Source: Chiloscyllium plagiosum
Taxonomy: Eukaryota
Length of the DNA stretch: 34,560 nt
Reading direction: 5' to 3'
NCBI RefSeq assembly: GCF_004010195.1
Contig: NC_057720.1
Span: 20,502,808-20,537,367, forward strand
The translations under genes and the position numbers were made by a program. Of this stretch, positions 22,800 to 34,560 are shown piece by piece; position 1 is the first letter of the stretch, and the number at the start of each line of letters is the position of its first letter. The notes under the pieces are model-generated. The model saw only the letters and a list, made by a program, of their open reading frames with translations. It was not told where the DNA came from and ran no database searches.

Positions 22800-23250
22800 G
22801 CACGTATACAGCATCTTTCATGACTACTGGATGTCACCAAGGACTTTACAGCCAATTAAACCCTGTTAAAGTGTTGCACTGTAGAAAACTGGGCTGCTGA
22901 TTTGCATACAGCAAACTCCCCAAAGGAGTAACATGATAATTAGGCATTGAGCACAGAAAGAGGCTCTTTGACCAACATGTCTGTTTTGGTGACATAGATT
23001 GATGGATTAACAAAGGCCAGGATATTGGGAGTGACTCCCCTGCTCTCCTATGAAACAGTGTCATACGATTTTCACATTCACTCAGAGGGCTATCAGAATC
23101 AGAACCTTGGTTTGGTGCCTCTTTAGTGCCTCATACTCCACTGCCTTAGAGTATCAGCCTTGACTCTGTGCTCAAGTCTTAGCGTGGCATCTGAACTTGG
23201 AAGCTTACGAATTAGAGGCAACAATTGTGCCATGATTGTCACACAGCCAA
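22800..23250 (-). mobile_element. Old DeuSINE (SacSINE1/AmnSINE1-like)
   Basis: CTTTACAGCCAAT, TTTGCATACAGCAAACTCCC, GGCCAGGATATTGGGAGTGACTCCCCTGCTCT and TCAGCCTTGACTCTGTGCTCAAGTC follow the order I recall for the Deu-domain consensus. Confidence 0.7.
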
Positions 23251-23953
23251 GCCAGGGGGCAGTAAAGGTTGATGAAATAATCAAGGAGTCACAACAGGGA
23301 CTTGAATAAAGCCTATAAATGGTCAAAAGTATGGAACCGAAATCTAAGCATGTGTAATGCCTTACACATTGAAAGAAGAAACCTGAAGAACATATTTCTT
23401 CAATGAGTTTAAGATCTAGGCGTGATTATAGGCTGAAGATTGTGATCAACAGCAAACCAGATGCTGATCAACATTGGTAAATCATAAGAGTCTAACTCTG
23501 AGGTTATCTTGTTGATCTTGTTAGGTTTTAGGGTCAAGACTTACCTCAAACACCATATCCTATTACTGGCGTAGGGTACAGGAAATGACCAGAGCACATT
23601 GCGAACACTGATTCCTGATATCAGAGGATTAAATAGCAAAGGAAATGTTAAAAATAGGAAGGGACATGGGCCTAACAGCGATTCATCTGAGTGAGGAATG
23701 ATTACGAGGTGCTGCTAGTGTATCAGCAGCTAGCTAACACCCCTCTCTAGGATTCCCCTTACATTTCAGGAGAACAAAACAGGATGTCACTTTTTAATCA
23801 CATGTTTCACAATTCAGCCCAGGCCAAGTGTCATCCCCGTTCATTCATTCATCCAGTTGATCCAAATGGATTTAACAATTATACTTAATCTCATTCCCCA
23901 CAGACAGCTACTTTGGGTTATCCAATTAGCATGGCATTTTAAATTTTCCATCA

Positions 23954-24485
23954 TAGAGTCATAGTGTCAGAGAAATGTACAGCACAGAAACAGACCCTTC
24001 GGTCCAACCCGTCCATGCCGACCAGACATCCCAACCCAATCTAGTCCCACCTGCCAGCACCCGGCCCATATCCCTCCAAACCCTTCCTATTCATATACCC
24101 ATCCAAATGCCTTTTAAATGTCGCGATTGTACTAGCCTCCACCACTTCCTCTGGCAGTTCATTCCAAACAGCCTCTGTGTGAAAAAGTTGCTGCTTAGAT
24201 CTCTTTTATATCTTTCCCTTCTCACCCTAAACCTATGCTCTTTAATTCTGGACTTCCCCACCCCAGGGAAGAGACTTTGTCCAATTAGCCTATCTTTGCC
24301 CCTCATGATTTTATAAATCTCTATAAGGTCACCCCTCAGCCTCCGACGCTCCAGGGAAAACAGCCCTAGCCTGTTCAACCTCTCCCTATAGCTCAAATCC
24401 TCCAACCCTGGCAACATCCTGGTAGACTTTTTTCTGAACCTTTGAAGTTTCACAGCATCTATCCGATAGGAAGGAGACCAGAATC
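23954..24485 (-). mobile_element. CR1 LINE 3' fragment
   Basis: ORF 24091-24453 contains TRMLPGLEDLSYRERLNRLGLFSLERRRLRGDLIEIYKIM. Tail repeat at left. Confidence 0.92.
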
Positions 24486-24631
24486 GCAGTTTCTGAGATA
24501 TTTTCTTTTCTGCTTCTCAATGTTGCTCTTCTCATTTGCTGGCCTTATCTTTAAAGGTGTCCCCTTAATCCTCCATTTCAGTGATCAGTCACTGCCATTG
24601 GCTTCTGCACAAAGTAAGGCAACCAAGCACT

Positions 24632-24726
24632 GCCTGAGGAAGGGTTACTAGACCCAAACTCTGACTTCTCTCCACAGATGTCGCCAGACCTGCTGAGCTT
24701 TTCCAGCACTTTCTGTTTTTGTTTTT
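24632..24726 (+). mobile_element. Diverged Penelope-type terminal repeat
   Basis: CTGAGGAAGGGT..ACCCAAAC..AGATGTCGCCAGACCTGCTGAGCTTTTCCAGCA parallels 25330-25410. Confidence 0.55.
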
Positions 24727-24775
24727 GAGGCAGGTACAGCTGTTGGTTTGCAGCTGTCTTTTAGGAGAGCTATAA

Positions 24776-25085
24776 ATTAGATTAGATTCCCTACAGTTTG
24801 GAAACAAGCCATTCGGCACAACAAGTCCTCAACGACCCTCCGAAAACTAACCCACCCATATTTACCCTGTTGACAAATGTACCTAACATTTGGGCAATTT
24901 AGCATGGCCAATTCACCTGACCTGCACATCTTTGATTTGTGAGAGGAAACCAAAGCACCCGGAGGAAACCCACACAGACACAGGGCAAATGTGCAAACTC
25001 CACACAGTCACACAAGACAGGAATTGAACCCAGGTCCCTGGCACTGTGAGGCAGCAGTGCTAACCACTGAGTCACCGTGCCGCCC
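24776..25085 (-). mobile_element. HE1-type SINE
   Basis: ATTAG tail, conserved core, and A/B boxes in reverse complement. Confidence 0.9.
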
Positions 25086-25325
25086 ATAATGAACCAAGCA
25101 AAACAGTCCCATTGGAGAAAATAACATATAAAAATCACTAAATATTTTGAACAACCTGTCAATTTTTAAGAATGAACAATTCTTCAACTCTTTGAATCAA
25201 GTTTCAAACCACCTTGGCCCACTGCTTCCCTCTAGTGGCCACAATAAGGTCTACAAGGTTTGAACACAACCTTTATCCGAAAAACGTTCAAAAGCACTAT
25301 CACAGCCAATTGTCCCTTCATTCTG

Positions 25326-25420
25326 GTTCCTGAAGAAGGGCTTATGCCCGAAACGCCGATTCTCCTGTTCCCTGGATGCTGCCTGACCTGCTGCGCTTTT
25401 CCAGCAACACATTTTCAGCC
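25326..25420 (+). mobile_element. Solo Penelope terminal repeat with hammerhead motif (GUC changed to GCC)
   Basis: CTGAAGAAGGGCTTATGCCCGAAACGCCGATT..GATGCTGCCTGACCTGCTG. Confidence 0.75.
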
Positions 25421-27630
25421 TTCATACATGGACAGCAAGCCAACTTCAGGTAGATGGTTTTTCAGAAAATCTTAAAGATGGAGAGGTTTACAAGAGAGGA
25501 TATGTCATTAATGTTTTCAGGAGTATTAAAAGGAACTGATAGAGTAAATGAAGAGAAAATATTTTCCCTGGTTGGATCACAACCTCTCACCATTGACAGC
25601 ACCCAACTCAGAAATGTGATGGTATGTTCAGCTGCAGTAATGTTTAAGAAGCCTGACCATATTCTGGACAATTAAGCTTGGTTTTTTTTAATAGGCATTT
25701 TTATTGAAAGAAAAAAGAGATTTTTTAACATTTTTTGCAAAATTACAACATAATACAAACAAATATAAATACTAAAATACAATTAAATATATATACAATA
25801 AATAATAACCAAAACACAACAAAAGAAAAAAGAGAAAAAACTCAGCTAACTACTAATCTTTCCTACAAACAGCCAAAGCATAAAATAAGATATCTTGCAT
25901 TACTAGTAAGAAATAACATAATAATTAAATAATTAAGTATGTACCTCAAAATGAATTAATGTCAAGTCATAATAAAATCCGTATTTATACGGGATTCCTG
26001 CCCCAGGGGGCCCCCGGACCAGCCAGAACCACTACCACAGCCAGACAAAAGCTCTTGACAATATGGCCGAAATATCAGTGTCTATATAGTTCAGAAAGGG
26101 CTGCCATACTTTATAGAATAATTCCGTTTTTTTGGTGCATCATATTTGTGAGGAAGTCAAGAGGGATATATTCCATGGTTAACCTGTGCCAGTTCGAAAG
26201 TCCTGGAGGGCTCTTAGCTACCCAGTTGACTTGGATATTTTTCCTTGCACAGAAAAAGAGAATGGAGAACAGATTTGAAAATCCCAGGAGAAGAGACACT
26301 GGATCCAATCCGATCTCCGTTCCCAGGATTTCTGTCAGAGCATTCGTTACTCTGTCCCCAGTATTTGCGGATCTTGTGACATGTCCATAAACAGTGTGTG
26401 AGAGTGCACACTTCAATTTACATTTAAGACACATTGGGGATGTTCCTACCCTAAATTTTGCCAGTCATTCCGGTGCTAAATGAGCCCTGTGGGGTATCTT
26501 TAATTGAATAGCTAGAGTTCTATTACAAATAGAGATCTCTCTGGCATTTTCCCAGATGTCCTCCCACATTTCTGAAGGGATTTCTAACCCCAATTCCTGG
26601 TTCCATGTTTTAAACAGTCGTTCCATGTCTTTTGATACCTCGCTATGTAATGAGTGATAAAGAATACTGACCAACGGTGGACCCATTGGTCGTAGCACAC
26701 TTCTCTCCCTATCCGATTTTTAGGGACTGTCTGATAATGCTGTCTTCTTTATATAATCTAGTATTTGGAAATACTGAAAAAGGTCTCCATTAGGCAGTCC
26801 AAACTTCTGGTGCAGCTGCTCGAAAGACATCATAACCTCCCCATCGAACAGGTCCCCTAAGCAAGGGACACCTCTGGACCTCCAGGTTTTAAATGTAGCG
26901 TCTGTCAGCCCTGGCTGAAATCCTGATGCTCCCACTATAGGAGTATAAGGAGAGGCTTTTTGTAAATTACCCTCATCTTGTCATATTATCCTCCAGGCTT
27001 TAATTGTATTTAGTACAATAGGGTTTTTACAATAGTCCATAATAGCTCTCACCTTATCTAAAAATAAAAGATTGATGAGGGGACACTTTGCTTGGGAGGT
27101 CTCGATGTCTAACCAGTTTGATTGTGGGTCCCAAGAGACCCAATCAGCTGCATAGCCTAACGGAGAGCTCAACTGTTACCTCCTAAAGTCTGGAAAATCC
27201 AGTCCTCCCCCTGCTTGTGGAAGCTGCAGCTTCTCTAATTTGATAAAGGGCCGTCTATGATTCCAAATAAAGGAACCAAGCCAGCCGTGTAGTTTACGTA
27301 ACATCAGTCTCAGCAACATCAAAGGGAGCATTCTCATAGAGTATAAGAGACAAGGCAGAATATTCATTTTAACTAGAGCTACACTGCCTAGATCCGTCCG
27401 ATAAGTTGGATATACTGGCGAGACCACCCAACGGCATCGCCTCCGATCTCGTAAAATTGATTTTGTAGCCTGAGAACATACTAAATAGATTAATTACTTG
27501 AATTAAGCGGGGTATGGATATCAGAGGATTACTTAAGAACAGGAGGACATCATCTGCATAGAGAGTGATTTTATGTTTACCCGAACCAACCCTCGGAGCC
27601 ACTTCGTCAGTTCGTATAGCTTCCGCTAGA

Positions 27631-27940
27631 TTAGATTAGATTGCATTACAGTGTGGAAACAGGCTCTTCGGCCCAACAAGTCCACACCGCCCCGCCGAAG
27701 CGCAACCCACCCATTCCCCTACATTTACCCCTTACCTAACACTACGGACAATTTAACATGGCCAATTCACCTGACCTGCACATCATTGGACTGTGGGAGG
27801 AAACCGGAGCATCCGGAGGAAACCCACGCAGACACGGGGAGAACGTGCAAACTCCACACAGTCAGTCGCCTGAGGCGGGAATTGAACCCGGGTCTCTGGC
27901 GCTGTGAGGCAACAGTGCTAACCACTGTGCCACCGTGCCG
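27631..27940 (-). mobile_element. HE1-type SINE inserted in L1 RT
   Basis: CCGCTAGA is duplicated at 27623-27630 and 27938-27945. Removing the SINE restores LIIEPLAEAIR. Confidence 0.93.
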
Positions 27941-28731
27941 CTAGAGGTTCAATTATTAGCGTGAATAATAACGGTGAGAGAGGACATCCCTGACGGCAGC
28001 CCCTACCCACGCTGAAGCTATCCGAACCTAAACCATTCGTGATCACAGCTGCTTTGGGGTCATTGTATAATATTGAGACCCATTTAGAAAATACCTCTCC
28101 AACACCAAACCTTTCCAGTGTGTAAAAAAGATATGACCATTCAACCTGATCAAATGCCTTCTCTGAATCCAAGGAGACAACTATCCCTGGTATTCTTTCC
28201 TGTTGACAGGCTTGTATCATATTTAAGATCCTTCTAATGTTGTTAGATGATCCATGGCCCTTGATAAACCCTGTCTGGTCCCCTTTTGTGATTTTTGGTA
28301 AGACCCTTTCCAATTTTAATGCTAACATTTTGGAAAGGATTTTAAAATCTACATTTAGCAAGGATATCGGTCTATATAATGAGCAATCTTCTGGGGCCTT
28401 TCGTTTTTTAAGAATGAAAGAAATATTTGCTTCTCTGAACGAAGGCGGGAGACAGCCCTGACTATGTGAGTAATTATACATGTCTATAAATGGACCAGCC
28501 AGATCCCCTATAAATTCTTTATAAAGTTCAACCTGGAATCCGTCTGGTCCAGGCGCTTTGCCATTCTGAAGCTGTCTAGTTGCGTCGAGTACTTCCTGGG
28601 TTACCAGGGGAGCATTCAGGATCGACACCTGCTCTGAGGTTAAATCTGGAAAGGCCAAGTTTTTAAAGAAGGACTCCATTTTCTTAGTTCTATCCTCACA
28701 GTCCTGCGATTTATACAGTTCAGAATAGAGT

Positions 28732-29055
28732 GGGCGGCACGGTGGCACAGTGGTTAGCACTGCTGCTTCACAGCGCCAGAGACCTGGGTTCAATTCCCGC
28801 CTCAGGCGACTCTCTGTGTGGAGTTTGCACATTCTCCCCGTGTCTGCGTGGGTTTCCTCCGGGTGCTCCGGTTTCCTCCCACAGTCCAAAAAAAAATGTG
28901 CAGGGGTTAGGTGAATTGGCCGTGCTAAATTGCCCGTAGTGTTAGGTGAAGGGGTAAATGTAGGAGAATGGGTCTGGGTGGGTTACGCTTCGGCGGGTCG
29001 GTGTGGACTTGTTGGGCCGAAGGGCCTGTTTCCACACTGTAAGTAATCTAATCTA
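28732..29055 (+). mobile_element. HE1-type SINE inserted in L1 ORF2
   Basis: A/B boxes, conserved core and AATCT tail. Interrupts INTDFRKF|YSELY. Confidence 0.93.
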
Positions 29056-29733
29056 AAAGAACTTTCTAAAGTCTGTGTTGATCGTTTTACGATCACAAGT
29101 CAGAGTACCAGCACTTTCCCTAATGGATGTGATAGCTTAAGGAGCCTTTATTTTCCTAGCAAGATCCGACAGGTATCTGCGAGGCTTGTGACCATATTCA
29201 TATAGTCTTTGCTTTGCAAATAATATTTCCCTCGTTGCTGTTTGGGTAAGTGCGGTATTCAAGGCTGTCCTAAGGGCTGTGATCCTTTGTAGCTTAGTAA
29301 TAGAGCGCCTATCCTTCAAGCGAGTCTCAAGCAGGCGCTATTATTCTCCTTTTGTCTTTTCTGGGTCGCAGAATATGAGATGATCAAATCTTGCGCATAA
29401 GCCTTAATGGTCTCCCACATCATCGACAGATTACAGGCCATACCTGAATTAATTTCCAAAATGGTTTTGAATTCTTGAGAAAATTATTTAAAAATTTGCT
29501 ATCCTTCATTAAAAAGGAACCCATACGCCAATGTCGGAAGCCTGTCCCATCGTCCCTAGTCTTGACTTCCATATATACTGCAGCATGATCAGAGATTGCT
29601 ATGTTACCAATTTTGCAGAATAATATGGAATTCAAAAGGGTCAAGGGAGCAAAAAACGTATAAATTCTAGTATGACACTTGTGTGGGTTAGAGTAGAAAG
29701 TAAAGTCTCTGCCCTGGGGGTGAAGACACCTCC

Positions 29734-30075
29734 GGTAGGTAAAAACAATGACTGCAGATGCTGGAAACCAGATTCTGGATTAGTGGTGCTGGAAGAGCAC
29801 AGCAGTTCAGGCAGCATCCAAGGAGCAGTAAAATCGACGTTTTGGGCAAAAGCCCTTCATCAGGAATAGTTTGTTTCAAGACATGGTTGAAGAGCTTCAG
29901 GGCAGAGGAAATGACCTGGGAGTTGCAGTGGGAGAGGGACTCCCTGAGATCCTTGTAGAGAGAGGAGGAAAACTTCTTCAAGGCAGGCATCCTTGCAAGA
30001 GGATTCGCAGTAGGGTTAAAATCAACTAGGTAAAAACAATGACTGCAGATGCTGGAAACCAGATTCTGGATCAGT
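29734..30075 (-). mobile_element. Mini Penelope-derived insertion: partial terminal repeat + ORF start + full terminal repeat, 14-bp TSD
   Basis: GTGAAGACACCTCC at 29720-29733 and 30076-30089. Direct repeats start at 29737 and 30028. Confidence 0.88.
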
Positions 30076-31249
30076 GTGAAGACACCTCCACACATCTACT
30101 AGCCCGAGCTCCTTATTCAGATCCGCCAATTGTCTGGATCTAAGAGATATACCCATAGTACTCTTGGGTATCCTAACTGTCTCTGAGTCCATAATACAAT
30201 TAAAATCTCCTCCTATAATTGTATGGCGTGCCCCAAAAGCCATCAACTTGGAGAACGCTTCTGTTACAAATTTGAAGGGGTGTGCAATAAAGATTCAAAA
30301 TCCCATACTCCTCTCCATTTATTAAGGCTTTGATCAGTATATACCGTCCAGATTCATCTTTTATCTGGCTTAAGATTTTAAAAGGAAGATTCTTCCAAAT
30401 GAGAATGACTACTCCCCTACTTTTTGAGCTAAAAGATGAGAAAAAGGCCTGGTCCTATCCATACTGTTGTAATTTTAAGTACTTTTTGTCAAGTAGATGT
30501 GTCTCCTGTAAAAGAGCTATATCAACCCTTTCTTTTTTGAGGTTTGATAGTATCTTCGTCCTTTTGATTGGTGAATTACTCCCCTTGACATTCCAGGTGC
30601 ACCACCTAAGCGAATAGCTAGCCACGATTGTCCAAGCAAGCCTGAGACCCTCCAGGAGGAAGCACCCCACTAAAACACTCTGAGTAAAGACTATGGAAAA
30701 TTCATAAAAGCAAAAATTCTTTAAGACATTTACACCCAATACAATTAAAAACTATTCCTAAGTAAAAAAAAATACAAAACACATTTGGAAGGAGATTTTC
30801 TCCCTTGCTCCCATAACCTCACCATAACCTCTCCTAACTATTGCCCAGTCCTTGACCCAGGCATTATAAAATGGAGTAGACAAATTCAAGTGTTCTATAA
30901 AACCAAAGTTAAAAGTGAGTGACCCAACCCCCCCCCCAAACCAATGCCTAGGTGTGTTTAACAAGCATAATACAAAACATAAATACATAAAACTACAAAG
31001 TTACAATCCTAGCAATATTAGAAAACTAAGTAAGATGACAGAAGAGAACCCCGCTCTAAAAGAAGATAGGACAAAACAAACCCTCCTTCTACATAAATCA
31101 AATAAGTCGTATGGCCTGTAAAAGAAGAAATCACGAAGTGAATTACAAATAAGGCACCCTCCCTGCCCCCCAGAGAAGGTAATGAACAAAAAAAGGGATG
31201 GAGAAGGAAAGAAGAGGCAATTCGGGGTGGGGGCACAATGCAAAATCAT

Positions 31250-32120
31250 TATCCATACGGTTTGAATCTTACAATCTCTTTAAGAGAGTTCAAAATTTCT
31301 TTAGCCTTCTCCAGTGATCCAAAGTTATAGACGGATCCTTCATGGCTGAAGCGCAGCGTTGCTGTGTAACGCAAGGAACATTGGATATTTAGGTCTCTTA
31401 GGCGCTTCTTTGCCTCAATGAATGTCCTCCTCTTGCGGACCCACGGCTGGAGAATAATCCTGGAATAACATAATCCTGGAACCCTGTACATCATTGCATG
31501 GGGATCGTTTCCCACGACTCTGGAGGGTTCCAGGAGCATCTGCTTCTCTCTATAACATTGGAGCCAGAACAGAACCGGGCAGGGGCACTGGTCCGGCCTG
31601 GGTCTGCGTATAGCAACCAGGTAGACCCACTCCACCTGCACCTGGCCTGATCCGGACTCCAACCTTCATATTTGAGGCAGCCATTGCTCCAAAAAACTGC
31701 AAGCTGGTCTTCCTCTTCCCGTTTGGGAAGGCCCAGCAACCGAATATTTTTTCGATTATCAAGGTCATCGATGTGCTTTTCCAAGGTCCAGACTCGCTGC
31801 TCGAGAGCCCGGACCTGGCCCACGGCCAACTCAGCAGCAGCTTCTGAGGTCACGGCCTTTTGCTCCGCCCCCTCCGACGCATTGTTCGAGTTTTTCAATC
31901 TCTTGGTCGTGCTCCTGGATTCTTCGATGAAGGCATTGTCCTGCAGCTTGTTGCTAAGGAGATCAGGCTCGCCTACGCAGGTAAGTCCCCCCGAGGCGGC
32001 CACAGACATCTCCGCTGCTGCTGGAGGGTGTGGGGGAGGGGGAACACCACCAAACTGTTCAAGTTTGATGCAAAATGACTAAGTATGCTGGGCAAAAGCT
32101 ATTTTAAATGGTGCCCCATT
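31250..32120 (-). pseudogene. L1 ORF1 (coiled coil + RRM/CTD), frameshifted
   Basis: LEQRV..LEKHIDDLDNRKNIRLLGLP..EE, then RKRRTFIEAKKRLRDLNIQCSLRYTATLRF. Confidence 0.82.
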
Positions 32121-32465
32121 TTGCCCCGAGTCTTAGGCAGAGCACTACAGACTCAGACTTGCTGGGTCGCCGCCATCTTGAATCTCCCTGACAATGCAGC
32201 TTGTTAAAGTAGCATCCTCTGCTTCTGGATTCAAGGTGCACCCCATCTAACATCAGTGACCCATGAGAACAATGTTTACAATGAGCGCAACAACCACTCC
32301 CCAATATTACTTTAACACTTTTCTATCCTGGGACCTCAACCACTGACGCTGAGAGCAGCAATGTTCCTGGATCTACCATCACTTCCAGGTCACAGTTCAC
32401 CCTGAACATATACTGCTGTACTCTGGTTGCTGAGTAAAAATACTGAATTTCTCAACTGAGCACCT

Positions 32466-34253
32466 TCATTTAATTTGATTCATTGTTGTCACATGTACCA
32501 AGTACAGTCAAAAGGGTTGTTTTGTGTGCAGTACCGGCAGATCATACCATACAAAGATCAGAAGGTATTGAACAAAGCATGGAATACAAAGTTACGGCTG
32601 CAAAGAAGGTTCACCAAAAGCAAAATCATTTGAGGGGTCCACTCAGAAGTCTAATGACAGCGGGGAAGAAGCTGTTCTTGACCTGTTGATATGTGTGTTT
32701 GTATCTTCTGCCTGACAGAAGAGGTTGGAAGAGATTATAACCGGGGTGGGAGGGGACTTTGATGATGTTGGCTGCCTTCCCAAATCAGTGGGAAGTGTAG
32801 ATGGAGTCAATGGATGGAAGGTTGGCTTGTGAGATGTTCTGGGCTGTTATCACAACTTCCTGTAGTTTCTTACGGTGCTGGACAGAGAAGATGCTGTGCT
32901 AAGCTGTGATGCATCCAGATAGAATGCCTTGTATGGTACATCTATGAAAGTTGGTGGGAGTCCTTATAGACATGTTGAATTTCCTTAGCCTCCTGAGGAA
33001 GAAGAGGTGTTGTTGTGCCTTCTTGACCATCACATCAATGTGTGTGGTCCAGGACAGATAGTTGGTGATCATCCCTCCTCGGAAGTTGACGCTCTCAACC
33101 ATCTCCACTTCAGCTCCATTGATGTAGATTGGTGTGTGTCCTCCTCCTTGTTTCGTGAAGTCGATGATCAGCTCTTTACTTTTGTTAAAATTGAGGAAGA
33201 GAGTGTTATCTTTACACCATGCCACCAAGCACTCTATCTCTTTCCTGTATTCTGTCTGTCATTGTTTGATATCTGGCCTATAATGGTGGTGTTGTTGGCG
33301 AACTTGTAGATGGAGATGGGACAAGATTTGGCCACTCAGTCATGAATGTACAGTAAGGGGCTGAGTACACAGCCTTGCAGAATGCCAGTGTTGAGGATTG
33401 TTGTGGAGGACTGTTGCGCATCGTGACTGGTTGTGGTCTGTGGGTCTGGAAGTCAAGGATCCAGTTGCAGAGGGCAGAGCCAAGATTTAGATTTGAGTTT
33501 GGGATTATAGTGTTGAAGGCGGAGTCAATAAGTAGAATCCTGATGTTGGTATCTTTATTATCCAGATATTCCATGAATGAGTGTAGGGCGAGGGAGATGG
33601 AGTCTGCTGGGGACTTGTTGCACTGGTAGGCATATTGCAAGGGATCGAGGCACACTGGGAGGCTGGCGTTAATTTGGGCCATGACTGACCTCTTGAAGCA
33701 CTTCATAATTATGGAGGTCAGAGCCACCAGGCGGTAGTCACTGAGGCATGTTGCATGTGTGTTCTTTCTGATAGAGGTCTTCTTGAAGCAGGTGGGGACG
33801 TTAGCAAGGTAAAAACAATGACTGCAGATGCTGGAAACCAGATTCTGGATTAGTGGTGCCGGAAGAGCACAGCAGTTCAGGCAGCAGCCAAGGAGCAGTG
33901 AAATCGATGTTTCGGGCAAAAGCCCTTCATCAGGAATAAAGGCAGTGAGCTTGAAGTGTGGAGAGATAAGCTAGAGGAGGGTGGGGGGAGGGAGAAAGTA
34001 GCATAGAGGGCAAGGTGAGGTTAAAGATGTCAGTGAATACCCCCACCAGCTAGTCCGCACAGGATCTGAGTGCTCGGCTGGGGACTCCATCTATGCCAGT
34101 GGCTTTCCCTCAATAAGGCCGAACTGATGTCTGCGGCAGAGGACTGAGGGAACAGGTTCATCTGAGGCTGTCGGGGCAGTTGACACCGTCTCACTGACCT
34201 TCTCTTCTAACCGAGTGTCAGATGCAATGAGTGAATCAGGGAGGGATGTATAT
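32466..34253 (-). mobile_element. Rex1/Babar-type LINE RT fragment, decayed
   Basis: SLPD, GIDGVPSRALRSCAD, VFTDIFNL, VPTCFKK, DYRLVALTSIIMKCF, LDPLQYAY, SAFNTIIP, KELIIDF, KKAQQHLFFLRRL. Confidence 0.88.
33808..34005 (-). mobile_element. Penelope 3' end/terminal repeat inserted in Rex, with hammerhead motif at about 33903-33937
   Basis: Minus strand reads ATTCCTGATGAAGGGCTTTTGCCCGAAACATCGATT. Same terminal repeat as 6328 and 29737. Confidence 0.85.
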
Positions 34254-34560
34254 GTCCTCGGCAGGGGCCTCACCTTCATTCCCCAACGCTCTCAGATTAA
34301 CGAGTTCAACACGCGGCGAGACATCAAACAATTCTTCCGCTGCCTTCGCCTCCGCGCCTATTTCTTCAACCAAGACTCTCGCCCACCCTCTGATGACCCC
34401 TTCTCCCGCCTCCAACACACCCCATCCACCTGGACACCCCGTGCTGGCCTCTTACCTGCCCTCGATCTCTTCATAGCCAACTGCCGCCGCGACATTAACC
34501 ACCTCCACCTCTCCATCCCTCTCACCCACTCCAACCTCTCACCCTCGGAACGCGCAGCCC
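34254..34560 (+). mobile_element. Penelope-like ORF N-terminal region, continuing beyond the window
   Basis: Open frame VLGRGLTFIP..FFRCLRLRAYF..STWTP..NLSPSERAA resembles the (L.KGL.F.P)/(NL...E..AL) region upstream of PLE RT. Confidence 0.8.

Larger units (their letters stand above)
26111..30625 (-). pseudogene. L1 ORF2 (APE endonuclease, RT, C-terminal Cys-rich domain), disrupted
   Basis: TWNVKG, LLQETHL, IIGGDFN, ISDHA, KAPGPDGF, YRPISLLN, DSEKAFD, RGCRQGCPLSPLLF, LYADDVLL, GGLDFPDF, CLKC..HCLWTC. Confidence 0.92.
25681..32189 (-). mobile_element. Full-length decayed L1-clade LINE with TSD and three nested insertions
   Basis: 5' end GGGAGATTCAAGATGGCGGCG, AATAAA + poly(A) at left, TSD GACAATTAAGCTTG (25667-25680) / GACAATGCAGCTTG (32190-32203), 12 of 14 identical. 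Confidence 0.9.

Noticed and set aside
27918..28889. 323-aa ORF as a novel fusion gene
   Set aside because: Chance read-through from an antisense SINE into the L1 RT, ending in another SINE.

Overview
This is eukaryotic, repeat-saturated DNA, most likely from a cartilaginous fish (inferred from HE1-type SINEs and a SacSINE1/Deu-type SINE). I found no supportable host gene. The window holds CR1 LINEs (one near full length with an esterase ORF1), a full-length decayed L1-clade element with target-site duplication (TSD), a Rex1/Babar LINE, a decayed Ty3/gypsy pol, a Tigger-like MITE, many SINEs, and several Penelope-like (GIY-YIG) elements whose terminal repeats carry hammerhead-ribozyme cores. 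The most unusual part is 1-3151. It is an ordered head-to-tail array of two unrelated poly(A)-tailed non-coding elements (A, about 410 bp; B, up to about 255 bp), all on the minus strand and punctuated by 8 exact copies of the 13-mer ACTCCTCTGTTAA. That 13-mer is the TATA-like region of an LTR-like promoter at 3046-3151. The B modules trail strings of short tags (variant target motif + short sequence + poly(A)) that look like a record of earlier insertion sites. Family names come from motif recognition without database searches, and element boundaries are approximate.
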